Part shown: positions 1-12,100 of the stretch, in pieces | Layout: each line of letters starts with the position of its first letter | How positions within the stretch are numbered: position 1 is the first letter of the stretch | From: Naegleria gruberi | Lineage: Eukaryota | Strand: one strand, 5' to 3' | DNA length: 64,000 nt | NCBI GenBank assembly: GCA_000004985.1 | Contig: GG738882.1 | Position numbers and translations under genes: made by a program | The notes under the pieces: model-generated | Seen by the model: the letters and a program-made list of their open reading frames with translations, nothing else | Databases searched by the model: none | Told to the model about the DNA's origin: nothing

Positions 1-518
1 TTTCAGTTGATTGGGGAGAAGTCTATATGAGATTAAGGCAATCTGTTAATGCTACTGAACCAGGTTATCTTATTCACGAATCTGTATTTTATGACAAATT
101 TTTGAAAGAATGGATTTTCCTTCCAAGAAGACATTCTGAAGATGTAAAATATAATGAAAAATCCGATGAGTATTTGGGTGCAAATATCATGATCAGAACT
201 GACATTGATTTACAACAAGTTAAGAAGGTTGTTAGAGTTGGCAGAAAGAGCGAAAATCCAGAAGAATTTTATGATAACTTTTTGGATAAGAGATTTGGTT
301 TTACTGACATTGTCAGATTGACCAAGACAGCTGGTAATAACCACTACTTGGCCACAAGAGTTATTGAGGTTTCTCATCCAGAAGAAATAGTTGAGACCTA
401 TCTTACAATTTTTGATGATAATGGTGTAGTTTTGCTTGATTCTCCAACTGGAGTTTTGGAATTGCCTGAAGAGCTTGGAAAAGGTGAGAAATACGAAGGA
501 ATTGAAGTATTTGAATAA
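1..518 (+). CDS. Ca2+-activated nucleotidase / apyrase (CANT1 family), C-terminal part; 5' end lies upstream of the window
   Basis: The frame is open from base 1 (tttcag then SVDWGEVY...) and ends at TAA 516-518. The C-terminus (YLIHESVFYDKFLKEWIFLPRRHSEDVKYNEKSDEYLGANIMI...GEKYEGIEVFE) recalls the CANT1 C-terminal consensus (EWxFLPRR..., ...KYEGIEF), recalled from memory. Confidence 0.75.
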   Translation, partial: SVDWGEVYMRLRQSVNATEPGYLIHESVFYDKFLKEWIFLPRRHSEDVKYNEKSDEYLGANIMIRTDIDLQQVKKVVRVGRKSENPEEFYDNFLDKRFGFTDIVRLTKTAGNNHYLATRVIEVSHPEEIVETYLTIFDDNGVVLLDSPTGVLELPEELGKGEKYEGIEVFE

Positions 519-524
519 ATAATT

Positions 525-1856
525 TTAATCTTTTTGATCTGTTAAGAATGAAAGAAATTCGTCATAAATGAAAGGGTCATCCATATCGTCCAAATATTCC
601 TCTACATCCTCTGGTAGATCCAAATCTCTAAAGGTAAGTTTCTTGTTTTTCCAAACAATCAATTGTTGTCGTTGTCTTTCAGATGTGTATCCCAGATCAA
701 GACCTCTTATGCATAGTGAAGGCTTTTCCTTCTTGGTTAATATGTGTTGTGTTTCTACAAATGGCGGAATATTATCCTCTTGAATGTTTTCTCTCATCAG
801 GAAATCAGCTTCATCTCCCAAAGGTGAAGTAACACTATCAGCACTTTTGGCTTCCTTTGGCTTGCTTGTTTTAGAATTAATAGCTTTTACAATATCTACA
901 GTTGGTGTGACAGATTTCTTTGGTGTGAGAATTCCTTTAGAATTAATACTGATACTGGTATGAGATGGAGAATTTGCAACATTGATAGAATCATGTTTGG
1001 TAATCTCTTCATAACCCTCCACAACAATTTTAATACCAGAGGCGTGTTTAAGAACATGTTCATCATCCTCTTGTGAAGCAGCTGATTTTCCATGCTTTTT
1101 TTTCTTTTTCTCATCTGTTACCAAGAGTTGAACTATTGCACTCGATGTCTTTACCCACTCTGGTAAATATCTTTTATCAATTTTAATAGGACCTTTCCAT
1201 TGTTTTACAAAATCAAAATCTTCTGTACTCAATTCTGATGTATATCTCGATAATTCATTCTTCATTGCTCCTTTACTCCAATTTTGTAATTTTCTAAAAC
1301 ACATCACCAATACACTTGAAACTTGAGTTCCATCCAAACAGTGACAATAAATAGGATGATATTTTGAATTTAAAAACATTTCAATAATGGAAGAAACTTC
1401 ACTAAATGACAATGAAACCTGTTCCTTATACTTTTGTGTATAGATGTGATGAATTTTAATATTTTCATATTCACAAAATTCCTTTAAATCTGTTATTGGT
1501 TTTTCCGGTATCAGTGATATAATGGTTTTTAATTTTAACCTCTTTAGATATCTTAAATTTCTCAGAGTTGGATAACCTCCAACAAATATATTCTGAGCAA
1601 TACATCTAAACCTAAATGGTGGATGTAAATGATTACATGGTTGTATGATTGGTAACTTGTCAGCCTTGTTCGGAGTCGTTGGTGATTCAAGTCTACTACT
1701 ATTAATAATTGGTGATGCCGATGATGAAACAACACTAGAAGGATCGGAATGAATAGATGAAGAAGAAGCAGAAGTTTGTAGTGTTGCTGGTTGTTGTGGT
1801 GAAGAGGGTGAAAGAATCGAGCTTAGGTTGATCGTAATGCTTGTTGATTTTCTCAT
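525..1856 (-). CDS. Siw14/OCA-type tyrosine-phosphatase-fold protein (Y_phosphatase2 family); the catalytic CX5R arginine is absent, so probably an inactive pseudophosphatase
   Basis: ATG at 1856. The core FRCIAQNIFVGGYPTLRNLRYLKRLKLKTIISLIPEKP...YCHCLDGTQVSSVLVMCF resembles the LYRS../KTII./HCxxGKHRTG pattern, but here it reads HCLDGTQVS with no Arg. The N-terminus is S/P-rich. Confidence 0.55.
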   Translation of the reverse strand: MRKSTSITINLSSILSPSSPQQPATLQTSASSSSIHSDPSSVVSSSASPIINSSRLESPTTPNKADKLPIIQPCNHLHPPFRFRCIAQNIFVGGYPTLRNLRYLKRLKLKTIISLIPEKPITDLKEFCEYENIKIHHIYTQKYKEQVSLSFSEVSSIIEMFLNSKYHPIYCHCLDGTQVSSVLVMCFRKLQNWSKGAMKNELSRYTSELSTEDFDFVKQWKGPIKIDKRYLPEWVKTSSAIVQLLVTDEKKKKKHGKSAASQEDDEHVLKHASGIKIVVEGYEEITKHDSINVANSPSHTSISINSKGILTPKKSVTPTVDIVKAINSKTSKPKEAKSADSVTSPLGDEADFLMRENIQEDNIPPFVETQHILTKKEKPSLCIRGLDLGYTSERQRQQLIVWKNKKLTFRDLDLPEDVEEYLDDMDDPFIYDEFLSFLTDQKD

Positions 1857-1971
1857 TTTTTTTAATTATTAAATTATTAAAATTGTAATATTACTGTCAG
1901 TCATTACAACAATCACTATTATTTGAAAATAATTTTCCATCTTCTCCAGTTTCAGAATTTGTTTTCTGTAT

Positions 1972-3156
1972 CTAGACTTTCTTCTTCTTATTGATTTGAA
2001 CAATTTCTTCATTGTTGGCCTTATTTGAAACTGTTGATGAGCTTTGTGGAGCTACGAAACGAGTGCTGATGTGACGCTTGGCAAGTTTCTGAGCTGCCTC
2101 TGATAATGATTGATATTGTTGAGTTAGTGGTTTTTGGAAAGGTGAAGATAATGGTGTGTTTGGTGTGGAAAAAGATCTGGTAGAAGTTGGAGTTCTGGAG
2201 TAGTTATATGTTTGATTTGGTGTCATACTTTCTCGTTTACGAATATTCTTACTGGCAGTGGCTGCTAGCTTTTGAGAAATAGCTTCTCTTTGGGGAGTTT
2301 CTGGAACTCTGAATGGAGATGATTCAATTGTACCCCATGTCATTATTTCAGCTGACTCTGATGGATGAATAATAGGTGTCTGTTCCAACATGTGACCATT
2401 TACAGTCATAGAGTTGTTAATTTGTTGACTAATTTTTTCTAACACCGATTTAGGATCTTCATCAAGGTCAAAATGCTTCTGTTCTTGAATAGTTCTTAAA
2501 CTTTCATTTTTAGTAATAACTTGAGCAGATACACGTGTACCATTGTGTTTGATAATTTTGTTTGAGGGTTCTGAACTTCTCTTGATTCCTGCTGGATAGA
2601 ACATTAGAGAATTCTTGTATTTTTCAACTTCCTCATCTTCATCAATTTGCAGTCGTTTTTCTAATGTTGTTTCATCCGAGTAAGCTATAATGTGATTATC
2701 ATAATCATCGATGTGTTCCAACATGAGTTTTTCATCCTTGGCACTCGTTATCGATTTAATACTGTTATTTACATTTTCAATTGGTAATACCAAACGATTT
2801 ACATTTGATTGAGCATTCTTATCATAAATCTTTTCAATTAATTTCTTATTTCGTATCTTCCATTCTTCCATGATTTCCGAGAATGAGGCATTATCCTCAC
2901 TAGTATATTTGTTTAAAAATTGATCGAGTGACATTTTGTTTTCTTTTCTTTCCGAATCACTCAATAAATTCGGATAGTAATCTCGTTTAATTATATAATC
3001 AACTTTTTTTATATATTCCTCTTCGGAAAGTATGATCTTTCCGTCTTTCGATCGAAGCACAACATCCTCCTGCTCATAATGTGCTAAACTAAGTAGTGAT
3101 GAAGGTGTTGAAAATTTCCTAGTTGACGATAATTCTCCCCTTTTGCTTGTCGACAT
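1972..3156 (-). CDS. ESS2/DGCR14-like splicing-associated protein
   Basis: Single 394-aa ORF. The N-terminal block (ILSEEEYIKKVDYIIKRDYYPNL) and the downstream MTWGTIESSPFRVPETP motif resemble Es2/DGCR14. Confidence 0.5.
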   Translation of the reverse strand: MSTSKRGELSSTRKFSTPSSLLSLAHYEQEDVVLRSKDGKIILSEEEYIKKVDYIIKRDYYPNLLSDSERKENKMSLDQFLNKYTSEDNASFSEIMEEWKIRNKKLIEKIYDKNAQSNVNRLVLPIENVNNSIKSITSAKDEKLMLEHIDDYDNHIIAYSDETTLEKRLQIDEDEEVEKYKNSLMFYPAGIKRSSEPSNKIIKHNGTRVSAQVITKNESLRTIQEQKHFDLDEDPKSVLEKISQQINNSMTVNGHMLEQTPIIHPSESAEIMTWGTIESSPFRVPETPQREAISQKLAATASKNIRKRESMTPNQTYNYSRTPTSTRSFSTPNTPLSSPFQKPLTQQYQSLSEAAQKLAKRHISTRFVAPQSSSTVSNKANNEEIVQINKKKKV

Positions 3157-3358
3157 TTTTTAAAATTAATATAGTCAAAAGGAGGTTTCTGTTCTCAATT
3201 CCACATCAGCCATTTACTTGAAGTTCCTGTTCAATGATAGCCTAAAAATCAAAAAGCGGCAAAAAGGCGCTTAAAAAAGTGGTTTGAAAATTGTTCTTAG
3301 TAGTTTAGGTAAATTAACCACGGGTTTATTAGTAGAGGATAATTCATATCAAGTTAAA

Positions 3359-4703
3359 TCATTGGCTAATTGAGGAATGTCCCATACATTGACGACAAAC
3401 ACCACATTTGCATCCACAAACTCCTTTGCTAAAAGGTTCGTTACATTGAAGATGTAAGATTTTCTTATCTTTTTCGGCAATCAAATCCTTCCAATTATTA
3501 GTAACAATTTGTTGTTCCTTTTCATTCTTGTCAATAAGATCCTTAAGGTACTTCACTTCATCTTCAAGGTGCTTCACAAATTCAGTAAGATTGCTGATTT
3601 CTCCTTTGTGATCCTTTTTCAAAGATATCATTTCACCTCGGAGGGTCTTAATTTCTTCTTGATGCTTCTTTTCTGTCTTCTCTGTTTGATCCTGTTGCTT
3701 CTTTGCCATTAACTTCATTTCACCTTGAAGTGTCTTAATTTCTTCTTGATACTTCTTTGCCATTAACTTCATTTCATCTTGGAGTGTCTTCATTTCTTCT
3801 TGATGCTTCTTTGCCATTAACTTCATTTCACCTTGAAGTGTCTTAATTTCTTCTTGATACTTCTTTGCCATTAACTTCATTTCACCTTGGAGTGTCTTCA
3901 TTTCTTCTTGATGCTTCTTTTCTGTCTTCTCTGTTTGATCCTGTTGCTGCTTTGCCATTAACTTCATTTCACCTTGAAGTGTCTTCATTTCTTCTTGATA
4001 TCTGTTCCTCTCCTTAATGTTGTCAATTCTAAATTGATCAAGAAGACTGATGAAAACCTCCATATTTGCTTGAGAGTTATGATGAGCGTTTGGTATGGTA
4101 GCTTGAAAAACACTTGCTAACTCTTCCTTTGTCTCATTAGTAACATTGGTGCTTTCATTACTAGGGGTAGTTTCTAACTCTTCCTTTGTTTCCATAGCAT
4201 CATTAGTACTATCATTAATAGGAGTTGGGGAAGTTGCTACCTCTTCCTTTGTTTCTTTTGTAGGTTCACCGTTGTTAGTGTTCATAAAGTTTGCTGGTAA
4301 TGAATTTTGGTGTTGTTGCACAATTTGAAGGAGACAATTGAACAATTTTTTCCAACTTTGCTCTTTGAAGTAGAGAAATGTGTGAGCAGACTTCAGGTTG
4401 GTTTCTAAATATTCCAAAGCAGCCTTCTCAATTTGACTATTGGTAATACCATTGTGAGAGGACGTAAACTTCCCAGTAATGGAGGATGACTAGTAAGGCT
4501 ACTTTGTGGTTAGTTTCGGAATATAAAACTTCTTTCAAAGCCTTACTTAATTCCTTTGCAGAAGAAAAATCAAACTCTAACTCTTGAGTGATTCCTAACA
4601 ACCTATGAATGATACTGAATACAATCTTACGAGTGTTACTATTATCATATAACTTGTTGATACAAGTCGAAAGCATAGCGGTGTTTTCAGTTGTGAGTTT
4701 CAT
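3359..4703 (-). CDS. Coiled-coil protein with tandem 18-aa repeats (QEEMKTLQGEMKLMAKKY-like) and a Cys-rich C-terminus; two exons (4470..4703 and 3359..4426)
   Basis: The 88-aa ORF (4437..4703) and 352-aa ORF (3359..4417) are in different frames. The 352-aa frame has no ATG; its track start is TTG. A 43-nt GTTTAC..GAG intron (4427..4469) joins ...LVILHYWE|KAALEYLETNLK... in frame. The repeats are visible at nucleotide level as a 54-nt period. Confidence 0.5.
3560..4010. repeat. Tandem 54-nt (occasionally 87-nt) coding minisatellite, about 7 copies, inside the coiled-coil gene
   Basis: The unit ...cttgaagtgtcttaatttcttcttgatacttctttgccattaacttcatttca... and its variants recur directly. Confidence 0.85.
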
Positions 4704-7359
4704 CTGGATTCGTTAAGGATTGATTTTGAGCTGTTTTTTTTGTTTTGTTATTGCGTTTCAAATCAAGGCTGGAAGAACAGAACATGCTGCATTTTACAAT
4801 GAATGGTAAAATTGGTGATTCTATTGAACAAACGTTTTAATTCATCAAAATAATAACATCTTTCGATGATACAAGACTCCCAAGTTTGCTCTCGGTTAAC
4901 GAAATTCTTGAAATTGTATGCTTCTCCTATGGTTGGATATCAATTAGCTATTCCTCTTGAGATTTAGCAATTAGATCAAGATGAACTATTTGAAATGTAA
5001 GGAAGATGAATTATTTTGACTTCAAGGAAGGAGAATTGAATATTCGTAACGAACGCAACCTATCCAATGAAAGAGGAACCTCTTAATATAACCAAACTTT
5101 CTAATATATTTACAAAATATATGTGATTTACATGACTACATAAAGTACAATGATTAAAACGAGGATGAGCACCTAAGATAGAAGTCATCCCAAACCGATT
5201 TACCACTAGATTCCACACTTGTTGAAGTTTCTGCTTCCTTGATATGAACAATCTTTTCCTCTTGCTCCTTAATGGTTTTCTTGGCTAAATCAACCATGTC
5301 TGGGAATAATTTAGTAAAGATGTGATTTTAGTTATTAACTTCATATCTCATCAGTGCCAATTTCTTCTTTTCTTCACTCAACCATTATCCTAGATTAGTT
5401 TTCCTATCAAAATCAAATGTTTGACACAAATGTAAAAGGTCTCTTGAATGCATCACACGCTGTCCTAGCATACTTCCATAGATTGAATCATTTTCCAAAA
5501 AGGAATCCTTTTAATATCGAATCAATATTCCACAATGGATTCCAACTCTCCTTATGAAAATTACTATTACCCATACAAGTTGGTGTGTTAGTTTAAATCT
5601 TCCATTTGGGTGTAATCATTTCAATTCCAATCATCAATATTATTATTTGATTTCCAATCATCAATGGAATAATAATTATAAACAAAATCTCTTATATGGA
5701 TCATACGGAAGTAAAATGCCACTCAAATATTGTTTTCCAAACAAAGGACAACATTCAATGTTCCATAGGATTTTTCTTGATTAATTGTAATTCCTTCTTT
5801 AATTATTAAAATAACATGCAGTAGCCACGTTCATTCTCTATTTTTTTTCTATTTCATTTTAAATATTAAATATCTGACATCCATGATATAAAAAGCAAGG
5901 ATTTGACAAGGAAGGAATAGTGGAACTTGTGACGTTCCTTATTTTCTTTATGTTCCAATACATTTCATGTCTTTCCAGAATTTACAGTTAAATGTTCTTC
6001 CTCTCCTTTATGTGAGTGTCCTCCATTACTATTCGAAGATCCGTGTGAATGTTCAGAGAAAACGACCAAAACACGAAAAATCTGTAAGAATTGTGCTCGA
6101 TTTTGTAAATTTTTCATTCTTGCCACCAACTTTGATCGATTTTTAATTTTAAATTCAGAGCAAGAATGGGACCACACGGTTCTTAATGGTTATCATCTAA
6201 TCACATGATATGAATGGATATGAATTCAGTATTAACACTAACAATAGATGAATCGTTATAATGATGTTATTTACACATAAACAGCTGTCAAACCGAATGT
6301 TGTGATCATCATGATGACTAGGTGATGATTCATCAATGAGCTTCTTTGATCCATCTTCATCTACCTCATTGCGATCATCAGCTTCTTCCTCTGCTGGTTC
6401 TTGGATCTTAGTGCCTTATTTCAAAGGGAAAACACCAACACAAAGGAACGCTCAATACGTTTGAAAATATATCAAAAATTAGGAAATAAATTCCTTATCA
6501 AACAAGGAGTGATGGCTATGAAGTTGAATGCAGAGTTGATGAGGAAGATTTAATGGTGGATTGAGAGCTTGGTTCTGATCCTCGGAATCAGATCATGAGG
6601 AGCAATTCATAATGGATCAACAAGAAGAGGGTGCAAATCTTAACAGATCGACATCAGTTGGTGAGTTGTTTGATGATATTGGAGGTTTTGATCGAGCTTT
6701 TGAAACATTCCTAATTTTCATGCTTATACTGATGAAAGTCTAAACAAGCCTGTTCATTACAAGAAGGAAATGGACCAAAGCGCTGGAACTAATCGAACAG
6801 CATGTACGTATTACTTTAATGTATCATTCAACTGTATCAGCGTTTACACTCAAAGGATAAGATTGTTCTTGGTATTGTGATATGGAGAAAACTCTCCACT
6901 CACCAATAACATTGTTCAACTCGTATAACGGAATTCATTTAGGTATGTTTTTTGTTTGTTTAAAACAAGTAATTCATCAGTATAGTTTTGCTGTCATTGT
7001 CAAGGTCCTTGAAAAGCAAGATAAGTTGTACATTCATGTGAGGCCAGTTAGGAATGGTGTGACAGCCACTCCATTTCTCCTAGTGAAGTACTTGGTCCTG
7101 CTGTGCTTGTCAAGGATATCAATGAAAAGCTTATGCTAGACCCTTTCTTAAATGTCATGCAATGCCATTGTACAGCGATGAAAACGACCTTCCCATTATA
7201 GAGATTGACAAAATTTAAAAAAATGGTTGCCAAATTATTCTCCACAAAATTCATCAAAAACTTAAAGACAAACGGAAATGGTGATGAAGGGAAGGGGTTT
7301 AAAAGCTGGGTAAAGTTGAATCTCAATTAATTTCAGTTCAGAAAGGTAATTTGTGAAAA

Positions 7360-8926
7360 CTATTTACTATTATTGGTTGTGCCTCCATTAAATATTTCAA
7401 TATCCTTCTTAGTTTGGAATTTAAAGTTCTTAAATGGATTGTCTGCAGCCTCTTCCTCATTTTCTTGACCAGTCTTTTCCTCTTCTTCATCTTGGTCCTC
7501 TGGCATTTTATATTGATTAAAATAGGAGGTATCCAGTTTGGATTGCAATTTAGGAATGATTGGAGGAACTTCATTTCTAATAAGAGCCCAACTGATATCC
7601 TTAAAGAATGCATGGGTTTTGATATCTGAAATACCATGCTGAGCTCCCAATCTTTTATCTTTATCTGTTATCAGTAATTGTGTCATCAAGTCTTTGGCCT
7701 GTTTACTCACAGGATATGCTGTTTTAGATGGAAAAGTGACTGGATTATTCAAAATATTAAAGAATGTTTCTCTCTGGGTTGACCCCTTAAATGGTGTAAA
7801 ACCAAATAGCATCTATTTCAATACAGAATTAGAAAAAATTTCTCCTCTAAACATACCTCATATAATAGAATACCCAATGTCCAAAAATCAACACAAGAAT
7901 TATGCTTTTTGCCTGACAAAATTTCTGGAGAGAGATATTCCTCTATTCCAAAGATTAGGCATTCTAAAGTTAAAACTGAAACTTACCGGTACCAATAAAT
8001 GAATCAAATTCCTGTATCTGTTTCAATTCGACAATACTTTGTTTCTGGGAGGAAAAGAAGGACTTTACAAGAGTTGGTGTAACTTGTTGAACTGATTGTT
8101 TTGATAAATCAAAATCGGTCAATCGAATATGACCAGAATGGTGAAGAAGTAAATTTTCTGGTTTGAGATCTCTATAAAGAAATCCCTTCATATGCAAATA
8201 TTCCAATGCCAATACAACTTCAGCTGCATAAAATCGAACTGTTGGTTCAGGCAAACATTTGTTTGGCTGCTTTTTCAAAACTCTATCAAAGATTATTAGA
8301 TAATTCTCTTAACAACTTACTTGAAAAACTCTCCTCCTGCACAATATTCCAAAATGAAATATAAATTCTCTTTTGTTTGGAAAGAACAAAATAGTGTTGT
8401 AATAAAAGGGTGGTCAACCGTTGCTAATATTTCTCTCTCTAAAAATCATTAAATCATCATGCCAACATAAAGACATACCTGTCAAGACTCGTTTCACTTT
8501 GTTTCTACTTATCATTTCCTCCTTGTTCAGTATTTTCATTGCAAAATAAAGATCTGTTCCTTTCAGTAACACTAAATAAACTCTTCCAACATCACCTTTT
8601 CCAATTAACTTTAATTTTTGAAAATCATCAACACCCAATTTAGAATAATCAATCTTTGGACGGCCACAAGCAACTGGTAATTGTTGTGGATTCTTTGGTG
8701 GAGGTAATACACCAATTCTATTTCTTGTCTCTTCGGGAAGTGTACTCTTCAACTTTTCATCTTTTGTATTTTCCAATCTATCCAATTCGATCTGTTGTGT
8801 GCTCATCTGTTCAGCCATTATTTCCTCGAATGACTTTCCACTATTAGATGTATAAAGGTGATTGGATGATACTGGCAGTGGTGTGCCAGTGCCCAATGCA
8901 TTTGACGAGGAAGATGATGGAATCAT
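7360..8926 (-). CDS. AGC-family Ser/Thr protein kinase of the fungal FPK1/KIN82/NRC-2 (plant AGCVIII-like) type; 5 exons: 8479..8926, 8321..8438, 7987..8282, 7857..7942, 7360..7812
   Basis: Kinase motifs are split over three track ORFs: [18 protein letters not shown]; (intron) [29 protein letters not shown]; (intron) ..[16 protein letters not shown]..insert..SFIGT; (intron) [31 protein letters not shown]. Introns are 38-44 nt with GTATGT/GTAAGT donors and AG acceptors, and all phases are consistent. Confidence 0.8.
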
Positions 8927-9113
8927 TTTTTACTGTTGAATCTTGTTAATAAAAATACTTTTTTTAATAGATATTTATACCATATTCGTCACGTGATGAG
9001 CGCCAATGGTCATATTCTTTTATAAATTTAATATTAATGCATATGAATCAGATTGCTGCTTTAAATTAGTATTATCTCGATTGTAAATTTAAATATTAAT
9101 CAATATTAAAAAA

Positions 9114-12100
9114 ATGAGCCAAGATGTAGAGAAAATGAACTCCTCGAAAACATCATCGGAAGATACCAATATTCAACAAGAAATCGAAAGTCTTATGATG
9201 AGTAGAAATAGAATCGAATTACCATCGGTAGTTACTATTGAATCTATTTCTTCTTCGACTTTGAAAATATTAAATTTAATTTTTATTGATGAAGAGTCGA
9301 AACAATTCAAGACAAAATATATTTTAATGTTAAAATCTAATTATAATGAATTTATTAATTATTTTGTTCAACAAATTCAACAATCAAAGTATGTAGAATA
9401 TACTAAAGTTTTTAATATTAATATTTGTTTAGATCCACTCCTCAAGATATTGTATTCGGAATATGTATGCTAGGAATTATTTGTTATATTCTATCTATTG
9501 AATCTATTAGTTGTGGAAGTGATAGTGAATCTATCAATAATACCTTGTTGGAAATCAAGAAGAGTACTGATATTCACTTCTTCACTCTTGTACTTTCACA
9601 AATACAACAACTTCAAGCTAAAAACCACTTTCTTTTGGTTTATCATCAATTGTTAAGCTTGCTCATTGATAATGATCGCACAAAAAGATTCGCACTCGAT
9701 CAAACAACAATCCAATATGCCTATCAATTCATCATCAAGGATTGTCAAAAGTTTATTACAAGTGTGGATAATATTCAAAACATTTTCATGGTACTAGATG
9801 TATTTGATGTTATATCTGAACTTGCTCAGCTCGATTGTAGCAGCAACGGAATTATTAATTATGTTGTTATGGCCATGCAAAATGGCTTTAGAGATGTAAT
9901 AGATATAATTGTTGGTTGGTTCTTGGATCGTAACACAATTTACAAACAAAAGATTAGAATAGGAGAGTCTTTGGAAAAAATCCCTTCTGCACTTTGGGAA
10001 GGTAAACACTTGGATTTTACTGGTAATCTTATCCAAAGATTTGTAAATGACATGTCATCATTAAGTGATGAAAGACAGTATCAAACATTTGTTATTTGCT
10101 TGAGATATCTAGTTTCATCTCTTAGTACTACTACATTTTATTCAATTCTAAATAGAAACAAGACTATTATTTCAGCATTATTAGACAATCTATTTGTTAC
10201 ATCTTTGTCTAAATTTACTGACAAGAAGAAACAAGTTTGGAAGTCTATTTCTGACTGTGTATTAGTGTTCTCTCAAAAAGTAGTATCACACAGAAAGTCT
10301 GGTGATAATAGTTCATCTACTAAAACTATGGAATCAGAAGTTGTGGAAAAAGCAATGTCATATATTGGAAACCTTTTATTACTCACTCCTCATGAAGAAA
10401 TCATTCCTGAATATTTTACATTCATTCAAACAATTGTTAAAGAGCATGAAGCATTCCTTTCAAAGCCAGTTATCAAAAAGTTTGTTTTGGACTTGTCCAA
10501 GTTTGCTGCTGCTCTCACAAATATTGATATATTTGTCTATTTAGAGTTGGCCAAAATATTTGACATTATTTTCAACAAATTTTTCAAAGCTAATTGTTTG
10601 GAGATTTTGAAATGGGTTGGGGAAGCGAACTTTGACAGACTCTTTATTTTTGGAATGATTGGTTATTCTATTGATAAAGGTAACTCGAGCTTATACAAAG
10701 AGTTGCTTGATAACGGTAATTGGATAAATGATATGGTAAAACAAGACGAAATGACTTTTATTGAAATGATCAAGAAATTAAGAGCACTTTTCCCTAAATT
10801 TAAACAAGATCTAGATGTGGACAATGTTCTCAAATTATTAGTCACTATTCTAAATGAATACATGGCTTCGAGAGATATTCAAAAGGAGATTTTGTTATGG
10901 CTTCATCTTATTTATTCATTCGAAGAAAAAAGTCCAACTGAAGTAGTGCTTGATACTTTGCATTCTATCTTAGAAAGTGATTGCTCTGTTGAAAACAAAC
11001 TCACTGTGTTAAAGATTGTGGTAGAATGTCTAAGCAAGATTGATACAGACAAGTACAGCATGTACGGAACAACTCAACTTTTAAATTGTTTCTATAAGTG
11101 TTTAGAGAGTGGAAATGACCAAATATTCAATGAAGCAGTTGAAAGCATCAAAAGATGTGGTCATATATTAGTTGATGAATCTGCATCATCAGAATTCAAG
11201 TGGTTCAGATACTACTCATCACCTTTATTTGAAGAACTTCCTGATATCTCAACTTTGAATTATCATTTCGAAAAGCTTATTAGTTCTTTCGATAAGGTTT
11301 CTCAAGATCCTTTTATTTATAAGAGTGTTCCATTTGCCGTTTTGTATTGTGTTGTGAATAGACTTAAAACTCCATTCGGTGGTGCTATGGCAACATTTGA
11401 AGGGTTTGAAAAATTATTACAATCATTCCCAGAGAATGAAAATTTGCACTATTTTATTAGTGAACTCCAAAGACACGTTAATGCAATCTCTCTTGGTGTA
11501 CATAACAATTTATTTAATGCGCAAATACTTTCTTTCTTTACAGGCAACCAAAAAGTTTGTAACGACTGGTTCAACAGGCTCCAATCCCAAATGTCTGGAA
11601 GAATTATCCACAATGGATTAAAGTCACTCATTACGGAAAAGGAAAGACCTGAAAGAATTGAGTCATTATTGATTGCCATCTGTACCACATTATGTGAAGA
11701 GTATTGTGATAGCGAGGTTTTGAATGGCGTTTTGTCTGTAATGGAAACAGAATTCTCCAAGATACCATCATTCATTCAACTTGCAAAGGCATTTATGGAA
11801 GAAAGTCAAGGAAGATTTGAGCAAGCTCTCCAACATTACCAAAGTGTCACTAGCTTCTTTGATGAGAAGAACAAACTTAAAATTAACGATAGAATTTTAT
11901 TGTGCCAATTCTATCTTAAAACCTCAGATAACTTTGATATTTTAAAGCTTGCCAATGGTTTAGATTTTACACCAGTTATGAACAAGTACATAGAATCAAA
12001 TAGAAAATCTAAAGATGTTGATACAGTTGTTAAACACTCTAACAGACATGAAGAACTTATTGTTAGCAAGTCAGAAGACTCAAACAGTCGTTTCAAAGAA

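Noticed and set aside
3560-4010. A CRISPR-like or non-coding satellite array
   Set aside because: The repeats are perfectly in frame within a long ORF and encode heptad-like coiled-coil units. There are no unique spacers between them.
6882-7326. ORFs 6882..7139 (+) and 7048..7326 (-) as genes
   Set aside because: They overlap each other on opposite strands in a region without conserved motifs, so coding status cannot be supported from sequence alone.
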